NCBI GenBank assembly: GCA_973895155.1
Contig: OZ316896.1
Location: 9,869,525 to 9,933,524 of the forward strand
From: Marsupella aquatica
Lineage: Eukaryota; Plantae; Marchantiophyta
Direction: 5' to 3'
DNA length: 64,000 bases
Shown: positions 1-11,936 of the stretch, piece after piece
Layout: each line of letters starts with the position of its first letter
Numbering within the stretch: position 1 is the stretch's first letter
Made by a program: the position numbers and the translations under genes
Notes under the pieces: generated by a model
The model's database searches: none
What the model saw: only the letters and a program-made list of their open reading frames with translations
Told to the model about the DNA's origin: nothing

Positions 1-419
1 CATGACACTTGGCCCTACATACGCATTGAAGGGTGGACCTGCATGGTGTTGCCAGTTTGCATGTGGGTCGTTTGAAGTTTGACCTTCATGATTGTTGTAT
101 CCATGGAAAAAGGTTGATGTCCTTCCATCCGTCGGATGCCCTACTGTGCCTGTGCATTCCTCGTCGAAATATGGTCTGCTTGTGTCCACATCATTTGCGA
201 AGTTCGACCAAGGTGACCTTGGTTGGGAAGGCATCACAAAGTCTGTGTCCAGTGATGCATCTTCGTCGTCTTTGATTTGCGATTCATGAATTGTAGGATA
301 CATCTCCAAATCCATTTCATTCTCCCATTCCCCTGCATCAATGATGTCTATATCTGGTGGAATATGAGTCAAGAACTCACTATCCTTATCTAGTGAAACT
401 CCGTGTAGCAATTCATCAG
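1..419 (-). pseudogene. C-terminal acidic tail of the hAT transposase, continuing beyond the gypsy insertion and off the window edge
   Basis: Removing the gypsy element and one ATCAG copy gives a continuous minus-strand frame ...YDTIDDAD|ELLHGVSLDKDSEFLTHIPPDIDIIDAGEW... Confidence 0.75.
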
Positions 420-545
420 TGTAAACGATAAAAATTACACCGGCGATATTATAGTTTTTTTTAGGTTTAGAAGTGTCAACTAGAGGTCAACCAAGAGTAT
501 TTAGGAAGTAGTAAGCAAGGACCAGTGGTTATTCATTTTGTTGAG

Positions 546-1152
546 ATGACAGAAAGGCTGGAAGTAGGGAAGGCGACAATCATCTCGATTAACGGTCGTG
601 TAGGAGTCGAGTTCTGCTATGAAGGCTGCGATGGCCTACTAGCAGATGGCAGAGTATGTGCCTTAAGCACAAGAGCTCGACAGAGAAGGCAAGGGGGGGC
701 GAATATAGGAACCCCTGTTAGTAGGAATCGGTTAGCTCATGAGTGTAAGTCGCTAGGCAAAGGAGTGCCTATGTTCATGTTCACTATTTGGATCAAAGAA
801 GGAAGCTGTCGTGTATGGGATGCGGCGGGGCAACAATTGTTCGGAATGAAGGGCGAAGAGTTCCGCCAACGATTCACCACCGGCGAGGCCAATCGAAGAA
901 CTCTATAGAAAGGTCATGCGGAAGAAATGGAATCTACTGCTAAGACTGGAGAACAGCCACGATCAGCGGATTACATGGCGATTAATCACCGCCAAACAAG
1001 TAATCGTGGCCGGCAAACCGAGCAACCCCAAGGAAGATGACAGAAGTCAGGAGGTCGAGGCACATATGGCAAGATTAACAATCGGAAGTCCGGAAGCTTC
1101 CGCATCAGGCGCAACCGAAGGGAATCGAGGAGGCCGTTGCACAGTTCAGTAA
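546..1152 (+). pseudogene. LTR-encoded RPA1 C-terminal (Rep_fac-A_C)-like OB-fold protein; this copy has a +1 frameshift at ~891
   Basis: ATIISI..FCYEGC..C..EC..MFMFTIxIKEG..VWDAAGQQLFGMKGEEF..EELxRKVMRKKWNLLLR..DQRITW follows the RPA70 DBD-C pattern; the extra A is absent from the 3' LTR. Confidence 0.6.
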
Positions 1153-1477
1153 CCAAGAAGACAGAACTTCTTGACATAGTAATCAGCAGTTCTTGGCTTC
1201 CACTCATCATTCTGGTAGGCATTAGTTAGCGTTCTTGATGAATGAGCAAAGGAGATCAAAGAGGGGGCGCGAGTCGTCCAAACTGTAATCGGCGCACCCC
1301 AAGAAGTAGTAGAGGCCTAGGGCAAAGACGGACGCGAGGCATAGGTATTTAGAGGCTGTGGAGCGCTAGGCGCTCTGTCACTTTTTGCTAGAAGTCTGGG
1401 GCAAGGTAGGGCTCCGCTCACCTTAGGAATGCCAGCAATTTTGTAATAGTGTCCCTACTCAGTTGAGTAGTCTTTGA

Positions 1478-1484
1478 GTATAAA
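1478..1484 (+). promoter_or_regulatory. Candidate LTR TATA box
   Basis: TATAAAG followed by GA-rich sequence in the middle of the LTR; position only, no other support. Confidence 0.35.
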
Positions 1485-2292
1485 GAGAGAGTTTGGAATG
1501 AATGCAACAGAGTGAAGTCCACACTTGAGCAGTGAATGAGAACGTCGAATCAGAGAGAGAGAGAAAGAGAGAAGGAATTTGCCTTATGCAGCAAGTCGTT
1601 ACTCGTTAATTGCAACGATGAATGAATATCGTCTCATTGAGAACCAGAACCTTACGGGCCAGCGCCTCAAGGTATAGGTTGAACAGACAGCTAGTGAGAA
1701 GCGGTGTCTGGTTGGAGATAGTGTGTTTTGAAGGCGATACACTGGTCGTCATACACCTCCATCATACAAGGGTAAACGTGATACTGGGGTACTTGCTTAG
1801 GGTAACCCTGTCATAGTCACCCACACAATCCGGAAATCAATTGCCAGGCAGGCTGATTCAAAGGACAGCCGGACTTAATCAGGTCACGGCTACTAAAAAC
1901 CATGAACACAGACAGCAGTGACGACAAGTCTTGCTCCTTGATTACCTTAAGATCACTGGAACTGTGGATCTGTTCTATCGGCACCCATCTTATTTCCCAT
2001 CAGTTACTATATGAGAACATTCTGATTTGCTTGATCACTTACCGCGAGTGGTGTGGGTTCATTGAGATTGTGTATAGAGAGGGGTTAGTGTTGGCCGAGG
2101 CTGAAGTGCCTAAGAAGTGGAAGACGGAACTCGACATTCAAGAGCACTTGGTCGGATTCACTTACGGGGACCGTGTCGAGATAGAAGGAGTGCCGCCTCT
2201 TGAAGGACGGTTAATCATTTAAACGAGATTACTGAGGAGAAGGTAGTTAAACGGCCATTAATTGCAAGGTCAAAGTTGGCGTTTAACATTTT

Positions 2293-2310
2293 TGGCGACC
2301 ATACTGGGGA
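2293..2310 (+). other. Primer binding site (tRNA-Arg-like)
   Basis: TGGCGACCATACTGGGGA, 4 nt after the 5' LTR; resembles the TGGCGACTCCACTGGGGA PBS of Tat/Ogre-type elements. Confidence 0.7.
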
Positions 2311-3211
2311 ACGCCTCGTTGAGGGTTCCGAAAGAGGAGCAACTGCTACGACCAGCAGTCCAAACCAAGAGAGAAACGCGCAAATCCAAAAAGGCGAACG
2401 GGTGACATGAACTCGCCGAAGGAGTTCTGGACGATGTTCTATTTTGAGAAGGATGTCGAAGCAGCAATCATAGCAACACTGAACGAGAAAGAGCACTCGA
2501 TACTAGCCAGCGGGAGAAGTAGGGCACGAGAAGGCGATGTTATGATAATTGCTTACACCACACCCACACACACAGAGTTGGTACTTCGAGAAGCGCATGG
2601 AGGAACCTGGAACGTGAGGAGGCGAGCAATTCATTTGCAATCCTCTGTTCGGAGCAGCGTTTACAGCAGCAACCATGCCACCAAGTGATCGATTACCTCA
2701 GGGCTACACGCAGTACCGCCTACCCAAGAGAAAGGAGGACCTTAGAAAACTCTTAGAATGGTGTCATTGGAATCGAAATGAGTACCCGGTTGCGATAGCA
2801 TTCCAGATAGGCAGAATCGCTAGGAAATTAAGTTCTAAACTAGAGGAAACCGCAGGAGCTTGCCCAAGATGTATGATGTGGAGTCAACTTGACAGTTTTG
2901 AGTTTTCTATGTTAAACCAGTTATTAACGATGTGCTTTAACGAGGAACTCATGGCTCCAGAAGCCTGCACTCCTAGTTTAAGCGAATAGGAGTCATCTCG
3001 CAGAGGGCATAGCCGCAGTTGAGCAAAGGAGAGAGAGGAACTGATTAACAGAAGTTATAGCATTAGACAAGTAAAGGAGACAGTAGAAGGTCTCCGTTTT
3101 TGTGAAAAGTAACGAGTAATAAGATCTTGACATCACCCTTGTAAAGAAAGACCTGATCGTTGAGTATATTGCTTGAAGGCAGAGAAAAGGCTTTGCTAAC
3201 CCAGAAGATAA

Positions 3212-6200
3212 ATGGGCAAGACGCCCATCAATCCCAACGAAGGGGAAATGGCAGAGGAGTTCGAACCTTTCCAAGAAAGCAGACTCAGACTTGAGGTCAA
3301 AGAACGAATCGAGACTTCAAGGACTCAAGATAAGGTCGAAGAACCCCTGGAAGAAGCCATGGAACGACTTAAAACCCACCAAGGAGCTGGCACTAGTTCG
3401 AGATCGGCTCCTACCAGAAGGGTTAAAATACCCATGTTCAAGGGAGCACCTGATGAAGATGCCGATACCCACTTAGCACGGTTCGAAGAAATGCTCAGAG
3501 CTAACCACGAACAGAACGACACAGCCCGATTAGAGCTGTTTCCCAGCTCATTGGACAAGGAGGCTTTTGTATGGTACACTCAATACCCAGCTGACCATTT
3601 CAAAACTTGGCCTGAGTTTTCAAAAGAATTCTTAGATCATTACAGAAGGGCTAAGGAAGAATCTGATTTGTATAGCATTTTGCAAAACATGACTCAGAAG
3701 AAAGGAGAACCAGTACAGAACTATATTGGACGATTAAAGGTAACAATGAGGCGATTAACTAACAAACCGTCCGACGGGCAACGAATTAGCTGGATGAGAA
3801 AGGCTGTGAAGGGAAGTCTAGTCACAGTGGTAGAACAAAATCCCACTTCTAATGCTGACGAATACGAGAAAAGATTAATACGGCTAGAAGGCATTACTCA
3901 AATGCTTAACCAGGAAAAGAACGAGAGCAGTAAGGATGAAGAGAGGGTTAACCGGAAAACAGAACCTTCTAAGGTAGAAGTCAAGGAAAATCGAGAGCGA
4001 GGCGAGCTTAGTACTCGTAAATTCTGTGAAATACATATGAGGCCTGGACATACTACTCAGGATTGCAACCAGAATCCTTTTAAAAAGAAACCTAGCCTAG
4101 GTGTAAATCAGGTAGGAACAAGCAAACAAGATGGGGATAGGATGGAGAGTAGTCAGGGATATTACAATCCGGATCGTAATGCAAACCGAAGGCCCTATAA
4201 GGATGGCGGTACTAAATACCCACCGATTTGCTATTACTGTCGACTAACTGGCCACATCAGGGGGCCCGATTGTGAATTATGGATGAAGCACATGAAAGAA
4301 AAAGAAGAAATAGCGGGGAAAGCCCCAGCACCTGTGAATACTGTGCAGGTGTCAACATATGTGGTGACAAGATCTCAAGGGCAGCCAGAGAACTCAACCC
4401 AAACCATTTCCCCGGAGACGGAGGGGGGATTCGATTGGAGCCAAATGGATGCAACCACCCGAGAAATGGCGGATGAAATTCGCCACAAACAGCGGAACGA
4501 GACTTTGCCACGACCTGAACGATTAATGCATTCAGAACCTTACGCAGAGACAGATACGGAAATTCTAGAGGAGGGAGTGACGATGGGGGGATTCGATCAA
4601 GAAACGGGACAACTTCCACGAGACGAAGAACCACCGAATAACCCTGCCGAAGCGAACCAGCGAATAGTGGATAAGCTAGTACAACTCATCGCGAAGACCA
4701 GAGTCGACATCACTGTCGAGGAACTGTTCCAGTTAGCACCACAGTGCAAGGAAGCAGTAATGAGACGGTTGGGGGGCAGAATTAGTCCTACCACATTACC
4801 CGGAGTACCACTGTACCAAGCTGGGAAGATTCCCCTAATCGACAAAGGAGCCGTAGTACAGATCAGCGTAAGGGGCATCAAACTAAAGAACGTGTTGCTG
4901 GATGGAGGGTCAGCCGTAAACCTCATGAGTGAGCAGACCTACAGACTGCTAGGCAGAGTCAAACTCTTACCAGCCCCTTTTAATTTAATAATGGCCGATC
5001 AAAGCAGCTGTCACCCACTGGGGTACGTGCCAGACTTACCAATGCTGATTTCAGGCATCAAGTACAATTTAGGAGTGGTAGTTTTGAGAGAAGCAGATTC
5101 CACCCGAGGACAACCCATGTTGTTAGGACGACCTTGGCTAAGACAGGCCAAAGTAAAACAACACTGGGGGGAAGAGAAGGATTATATAAAAATAGAACAC
5201 GGAGGAGAGACTTTCAAGATCAGAACCAAGGCTATCGAGGACGGTGTACCACCTATGGCCAGAGTCTGTACCTTGAACTGGGCAGAGGGGTTGAATGAGG
5301 ATGAAGAAGAGACCTATTTAAAATGCCGTCCAGACTTAGTCCCAATTTCAGATATGGAAATAGTCAAGCTCGACGAGATGCAAGGAATGACCAAAGAAAA
5401 AATGGATCATGATCTACGAAACGATCTGTTTAAACACATAGACCCGCAAGGCATTCAGGAGTGCTCATTAAAGGAGGAAGAAGCACAGACCACCTTGCAG
5501 GATCTAGCAGAGAAGGTGGTGGGATGGAGTGCCACCGAAGAGGAGCACATTCAGAAGGTCGATTTGAGTGACACTGAACGACCACGAGAAGTAAAGATAG
5601 GGAAACACCTTTCCCCCGAGCTCAAAGAGGAACTTGTTACCCTACTCGCCAAATCCCGAGATGTTTTTGCCTGGGATTACACGGAGTTAAAGGGAGTTCC
5701 AGAGTCAATTGGCGTACATCGAATCCGACTCGTACCAGGATCAGTACCGGTGCAGACACAATGATATAGGATGAACCCCAACTATGCGGAAAAGGTAAAA
5801 GAAGAAATCCAAAGGCTCCTTGATGCCAAATTCATTGAACCTGTTAAGCGTTATACGTGGCTATCCCCGATAGTCGTAGTACCTAAGAAAAATGGGAAGT
5901 TAAGAGTCTGCATTGATTTCAGAAAGTTAAACGCAGCGACCATAAAAGACCCTTTTCCGGTACCCTTTCTAGAAGCAGTTCTGGATGTGGTAGCAGGAAA
6001 GTCAGCTTACTCATTTTTAGATGGGTACAACGGGTACAGTCAGGTCCGGTTAGCCACAGAAGCAAGGGAGCTGACCACTTTCATTACGGAATGGGGCGCT
6101 TTCCAGTGTCTCGTATTACCCTTTGGATTATGCAATGGGCCTAGTACATTCCAACGATTAATGATGATGTTATTTCATGAGTATTTGAATTAGTTTATGC

Positions 6201-8340
6201 AAATCTTCCTAGATGACTTCACCATATACGGAGAGGAAGAGCAACATATAGGTCATCTCAGATTATGCCTCTTAGGATGTAGGGAAGGGGGAATCAGCCT
6301 GAACCCTGATAAGTGCACCTTCTTTGTACCATCGGGCAAGATATTAGGACACATAGTTTGTAAACAGGGCTTGTTAGTAGACCCAGATAAGATAAAAATC
6401 ATTAAAGAGATGCCAGTTCCCAATAGTGCAACTCAAGTCAGAAGGTTTCTGGGAAGTGGAGGTTTCTATCGTCATTACATCAAGAGTTACTCCCAAATCA
6501 GTGCCCCGTTGGCACGATTAACGGGTAACCATCAAACGTTCACTTGGGACGACGACTGTCAGAAAGCGTTTGAAGAAATCAAGGACCGGTTGTGCCATGC
6601 ACCCATACTCAAGGAGCCGGATTGGAAGAGGGAGTTCCATCTACATACAGATGCTTCTCTCGTAGCGGTGGGGGCAGTGTTAGCACAGAAGGGAGAACAA
6701 GGTATCGATTTACCAGTATACTATGCCAGTAGACTGTTAAACGTGCATGAAAGGAACTACACCACGACTGAGAGGAAAGCATTAGCCATGATATTTGCAG
6801 TAAAGAAATTTAGGCATTATTTACTTGGGAATCGATTCATATTCTATGTAGATCATAATGCCTTGGTCAACTTAGTAAACAAACCACAGCTATCGGGCCG
6901 AATTGCAAGATGGATTTTGTTATTAGCTGAGTTTGATTACACCATCATTTATAAACCCGGGAAAACCCATGTCATACCCGATTATTTGAGTAGACTCGAA
7001 TCAGGAGAGACAGGCAAGGAAGAAGATGATCAATTAGCGGATATGGAGCTATTTCAAGACGCCAAGGAAAGGCATCCTGTAAATCTAGTGACCTTGGATG
7101 ACGAACCAGCATTAGAAAGGTATTTACGCACAGCGGTATTCCCCGAGGGGTTGTCCAGTAAGGAAAGGAAGGTCTACGCCTATAAGGCAAGACCCTACAC
7201 CTTGATCAACCACGTGCTTTACTACCAGGGGCCCGATGACATACTACGTAGAGTAGTTCCGGAGGAAGAACGGCCAGAAGCCTTAATCGCGGCACATGAA
7301 GGACTAGGAGGGGAACATTTCGGCACCGAGATCACCCTGAGGAAGATTCTTCAGCAAGGACGTTGGTGGGCAACTATCCATAAAGACACTCGGGAGTTTG
7401 TAAAAACGTGCGACTTGTGTCAGCGTACAAGACCTGTAAAGGAAAACATGGAGTTCAGGCCTATAATCGCCCCTTATATTTTTCAGAAATGGGGACTAGA
7501 TTTCATAGGACCCATCACTCCATCTTCCAGATATAGTCAGAACCAGTATATTTTAGTAGCAACAGAGTATACCACAAAATGGGTGGAAGCAGTCGCAACT
7601 CGGGAGAACACTGCCCGAGTAATAGCCAAGTTCTTGTACCAGAACATCATCACGAGATATGGATTACCAGGTGAGCTAGTGAGCGATCAAGGTTCACATT
7701 TTTTGAACAAGGTTATCCAGGAACTGACGGATAATTACCATATAAGCCATCGGTTTTCGACTCCCTATTACCCTCAGTGTAACGGGCAAGCAGAGTCAAC
7801 AAACAAAGTCTTACTCAACATTTTACGGAAAGTGGTTAACGAACAACAAAACGATTGGGACGTTCAGCTGCCAGCGGCAGTATGGGCATTCCGCACGGCA
7901 TATAAGGTAACCACGGGCCACACCCCTTTTCAATTAATGTTTGGAGTTGAGGCCCGTATGCCGACAGACTACGAATTACCTAGTTTGCAAATCGCAGTGA
8001 GATACGACATAAATCAGAACCCGTGTTTAACTAGATGGTTAAAAGCACTATTGGAGGTTACCAAAACCCGGAGAAGGGCCGAAGAGCGATTAGAGTATGT
8101 ACAAGGACAACGCAAGCGACGAATAGACGATCAACGGGAGGTAACCACGTTCACGGAAGGGGAATTAGTACTATGGTGCCGAAAGCGAGCACGAATATAA
8201 AAAGGAAAGTTGAGACTTAAATGGGAAGGACCCTTTACCGTCCTCAAGGCGTGGGGAAACAGAACCTTCAAAATTACCAGCCAGGATGGGAGCGAGCAAC
8301 AGCGGGTGAACGGGAATAAGATGAAGTCGTACCACGTAAG
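3212..8340 (+). pseudogene. Gypsy gag-pol polyprotein with in-frame stops at 5762, 6191 and 8198
   Basis: Gag with two Zn-knuckle-like motifs (CEIH..GH..C, CYYC..GH..C), protease LLDGGS, RT FLDDF, RNase H TDAS..ERNY, integrase GLDF..SDQG..AES, and WEGPF; ORFs 3212/5771/6197/8210 share one frame. Confidence 0.95.
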
Positions 8341-11300
8341 GAATGACGTGTACTTACGAGAAGTAGAGGATACGTTTAACGACTACCCAGGGGAAAGCGA
8401 AGTCGGCAACGACTCCGATACGGTACCGGCGCTCAACGAGGACGACGACAGCTATCAACTGCCGACAGCACCACTTAACGAGAATCAAACGGATGGAGAA
8501 GGGTACGAGCTACCCACTAGAATGGTAGCCTGTATCAGCGTGACCCCCGATCAAGCATCTATGGAACCCACCGGAGGGGCACTCACCGCCAAGAACACGG
8601 AGCGACCCTTAGCACACGCAAAGAAGCTAGTCGTGACCACCACACGTGACACACTACGACGAGAAGAAAGCACAAATGAACAAGGACGAGAACTAACGAT
8701 CAAGGGGTACCCGTTAGAGGATTACGTGAACAGAACCATTCCATCAAACGAACCAACGGAATCAGGTCAAATCAAGTCAGTGGTTCTAGCGGAGGAGGAC
8801 CTATCTGAAATCTTTCAGATCCACGATTGGAAGCACAAATTACCCAAAGGCCAGGAAGAGAGGAGGAGAAGGTTTCCTTATAGAGTAGTAATCGTAGGAT
8901 GTACACACGGACCCTTTTCCACATGGATTGCAGATCGGATTTTGATAGGACCCAACTCGATACCCTGTATTGAGGACTACTCCACGGGAAAATTACATGT
9001 TATACTAGAAGTTCAGGATACACTAGAATCCAAAGGGCGAGCACCATCAGCCGCAAAAGAACTGTTAAACCAAAAACCCTATTTCCGACTGGCAAGGAGA
9101 TTACGAGAGAACCCCGAGTGGAGTGGCTATCAGCGCGAGGTGAAATTTGAATGGTCGAGGGTCGGTAATAGGCATTACACATTACCGGTGGGCATGAAGA
9201 CTTTGAAGTTGAAACGATCAAACGAGTTTGAGGACGATAAACCGAGGAAGCGCGTTACTATCAGCGAACTACTCGAAACCCCGGCGATGGAGGAGACACC
9301 CACCCCCATGCACACAGAGGGAGAAGGGCCGACAACAGCAGAAGGCATGGAGCTGGAAGTTTCCGAGTCAGCGGAAAGGGAAAGGAGCAACCCCGAAGAT
9401 GATCAAGAGATCGTGAGTCAGGGACCTTCAGCGGCTGACCATCTCTCGGAAACTACAGCCAAAAGGGAAGGGCAGGGGCCCGCAGAGGAGCCAACCCTAG
9501 AGACACAAACTGAATCAGTAATCGAGGCACCAACGGAGCAAGCAGCCGAGCAGACAGAAGAACAACAGGGAAACCAGCTGAACGAACTTCAACGAGAAGG
9601 GAGACGAAAGCTGACCATGGCAGAATTGTTAGCCAACCAGGATCCCACGGAAGCAATCACGGCGGTCACCACAGCGATAATTGAGGAAACGACTCCTTCT
9701 AGGACCAAGAGGAACCGCAAGGGGACAGCCAAAACGATTAAACTTGAGCCGCCAACGATGAGGGAGGTGCGATCCGTAAGGGGAAAGAGCAAAATAGTCG
9801 AATACGAGGAGAAAGAATCGGAAGAATCCGACAGTGAAGAAGAGGAGGAACCAGTAGAAGAAGCAAAAAGTAGGACCAGGAAGGCGACACGCGCCGCAAA
9901 GGCGAGTCCAGGGGAAACAAGTCATGTTTTGAAATTTGAGAGAATGGAGCCACAGATATTGCAAACTATGCACGGACAAGCACACAGGAACTTTCTACAG
10001 TCACAAGGATTGGAGAAATTCGTGAAACTAAAGTGGAATCAAACCACGAAGCTACAAGCAGAGGACTACAGCGAGTTCATCACCACTTGGAAACCCACCG
10101 AAAATCAGGGAATATGTAGGGGCCAAGTCATTAAGATGAATCCTCGGAAGCTTCAGGAGCTTTTCAAACTGCCAAAGCAAGGAGCGGAGATCAAGAAACG
10201 GATGGGGAAAACTTGGCAACCTGCCACATTTCCACAACACAAGGACGTAGACGACAACAGGGGCTATCCGACCAAGCATTGCACGAATGAGAAAATCAAG
10301 TAAAGGCTCGAATTTGTAACCCATGCATTACATTGGAAGAGGCCCAGATCAGAATATCCTCGATTTATGATTAAAATTGTAGAGGAGGGAGACGGGAAGC
10401 AAAAGGATTGGTCGGCCTTTTTCCACGAAGGGTTCCATGCAGCCATCAAGCGAGCTAAACGATTAATCAGCAGTAAAAGCAACCTGCCAGTAGAGATCGA
10501 GTCGCATCTCCAATTGTTAATCAAGAGTCAGCTTACAGGGGAAGACGGGGGAAAAACGGAATCAACAACTACCATTTACCAACCAACGAGGAGTGAGGGA
10601 GCCAAGAAGCAGAAGGGCACCCTGCCAGAAGAGGAAGCAGCCAACAAAGAGCAAGAGGGGGACGCATCACCAGTGCGCACCACCAGGAGGAAAGAAACCA
10701 ATCCAACACCGACCAAGAAGGAGTCAGAATCAGAAGGTCAGGAACCAGCGGAGGAAGACAAAATGCGAGCAAAAACCAAGGCTTATAGGACAGCGCCCAT
10801 TGATGACGATGACCTCAAGTACGCCCTCTCAACCATAAAAGAAGGTGATGAACAACAATTACGTGAGAAGCTGGGGATCGAAGTATTGAAAGAGCAGATC
10901 AGCACAGTGCAAAAAGATAGCATCTTTACAGTCATGATCGGACAAATCGCCAGTCAATTAGCCATTTATCAGGGAATAACGAGTTCGCTAGTACACTTGG
11001 AGTGGAACAAGCGAGAAGAAGAAATCGCCGAGGACTTAGCCGGGAAGGAGGAGGCAGATAAATGGGCAGTGGAGGCCGAGGAGACCATCAAGGAGTTACT
11101 AAATCGTAACAAAGAGCTAATAGCAGATAAGGATCGACTGACAACCATAGGAAGAGGCTGGAGGCATGAGGAGGCAGCCACGCAGGAATTGGCTGATTAC
11201 CTAGGAATAGAAGGGTTACGTCCAGGGGGACTAACGACAAATTACCAGGAGGTTGTCACGGCCATCGGAGCAGCCATAGCCACAGTCAAATCAGATAGCC

Positions 11301-11858
11301 AAAGGATCAATTCACAGCTAAGGGAGGATAACGAGAAACTCAAGGAAATAGAAGAATTGCAATCGCAACTCAAGGAGGAAGCAGCAAAGCAACGCAGAAC
11401 AGCCGGTGAATGGGCAATGGAACGCCAGAGGGTGGAGGAATTGAAGAAAAAGCTCCAGGGTCTGGAAACCCAACTCCAGCAAACCACCGTAGTCAAAGGG
11501 ACCCCACGGAGGATCTGAACAAACAAGCCCTACTGGAGGAGCAACTGGGGAAGCTTGGACGAAAACACTATGAAGTATCGGAGAGTTGGAGAATCACAGA
11601 AGACGACTATAAGCGGAAAATTGCTGAGTTAGAAGTAGCTGTGAAGCTACAGGGCACTGGAGAGGAGAGTATCACTGAACAGACCAAGGAACTCGAGCAG
11701 TTGAGGACAGAGAACGATTAGCTTTCGCAAGAACTGGAAGATAAGGAACGATCAATTTTGGATTTAAAATCTGAAGTGAGGAAGCTGAAGGCACAGAGTA
11801 GAGTTCCGATAACTCCAACCAGGACGACCAATGTTAGCAAGGGTAGAGGAGTGAAGTA
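8341..11858 (+). pseudogene. Extra C-terminal region in frame with pol: acidic linker, plant-mobile-domain/Transposase_32-like segment, coiled coil
   Basis: Same frame as pol up to ~11500, then a frameshift; GLEKFVKLKW..EFITTW..GQVIKMNP..LFKLPKQG motif; E/K/L heptad-rich tail. Confidence 0.65.
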
Positions 11859-11920
11859 GACCGGTGACTACTTGTCCCCAACGTATACCAAGCATAACGG
11901 ATATCGAGGACGAATCCGTA

Positions 11921-11936
11921 GGTAAGCAAAGGAGAA
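11921..11936 (+). other. Polypurine tract
   Basis: GGTAAGCAAAGGAGAA directly before the 3' LTR. Confidence 0.6.

Larger units (their letters stand above)
420..2288 (+). repeat. 5' LTR (1,869 bp)
   Basis: TGTAAACG...GTTTAACA; near-identical to 11937-13805 (about 33 substitutions and two 1-bp indels by hand count). Confidence 0.97.

Noticed and set aside
8341-11858. Retroviral env gene
   Set aside because: No signal peptide or transmembrane helix is evident; the region is hydrophilic and coiled-coil.
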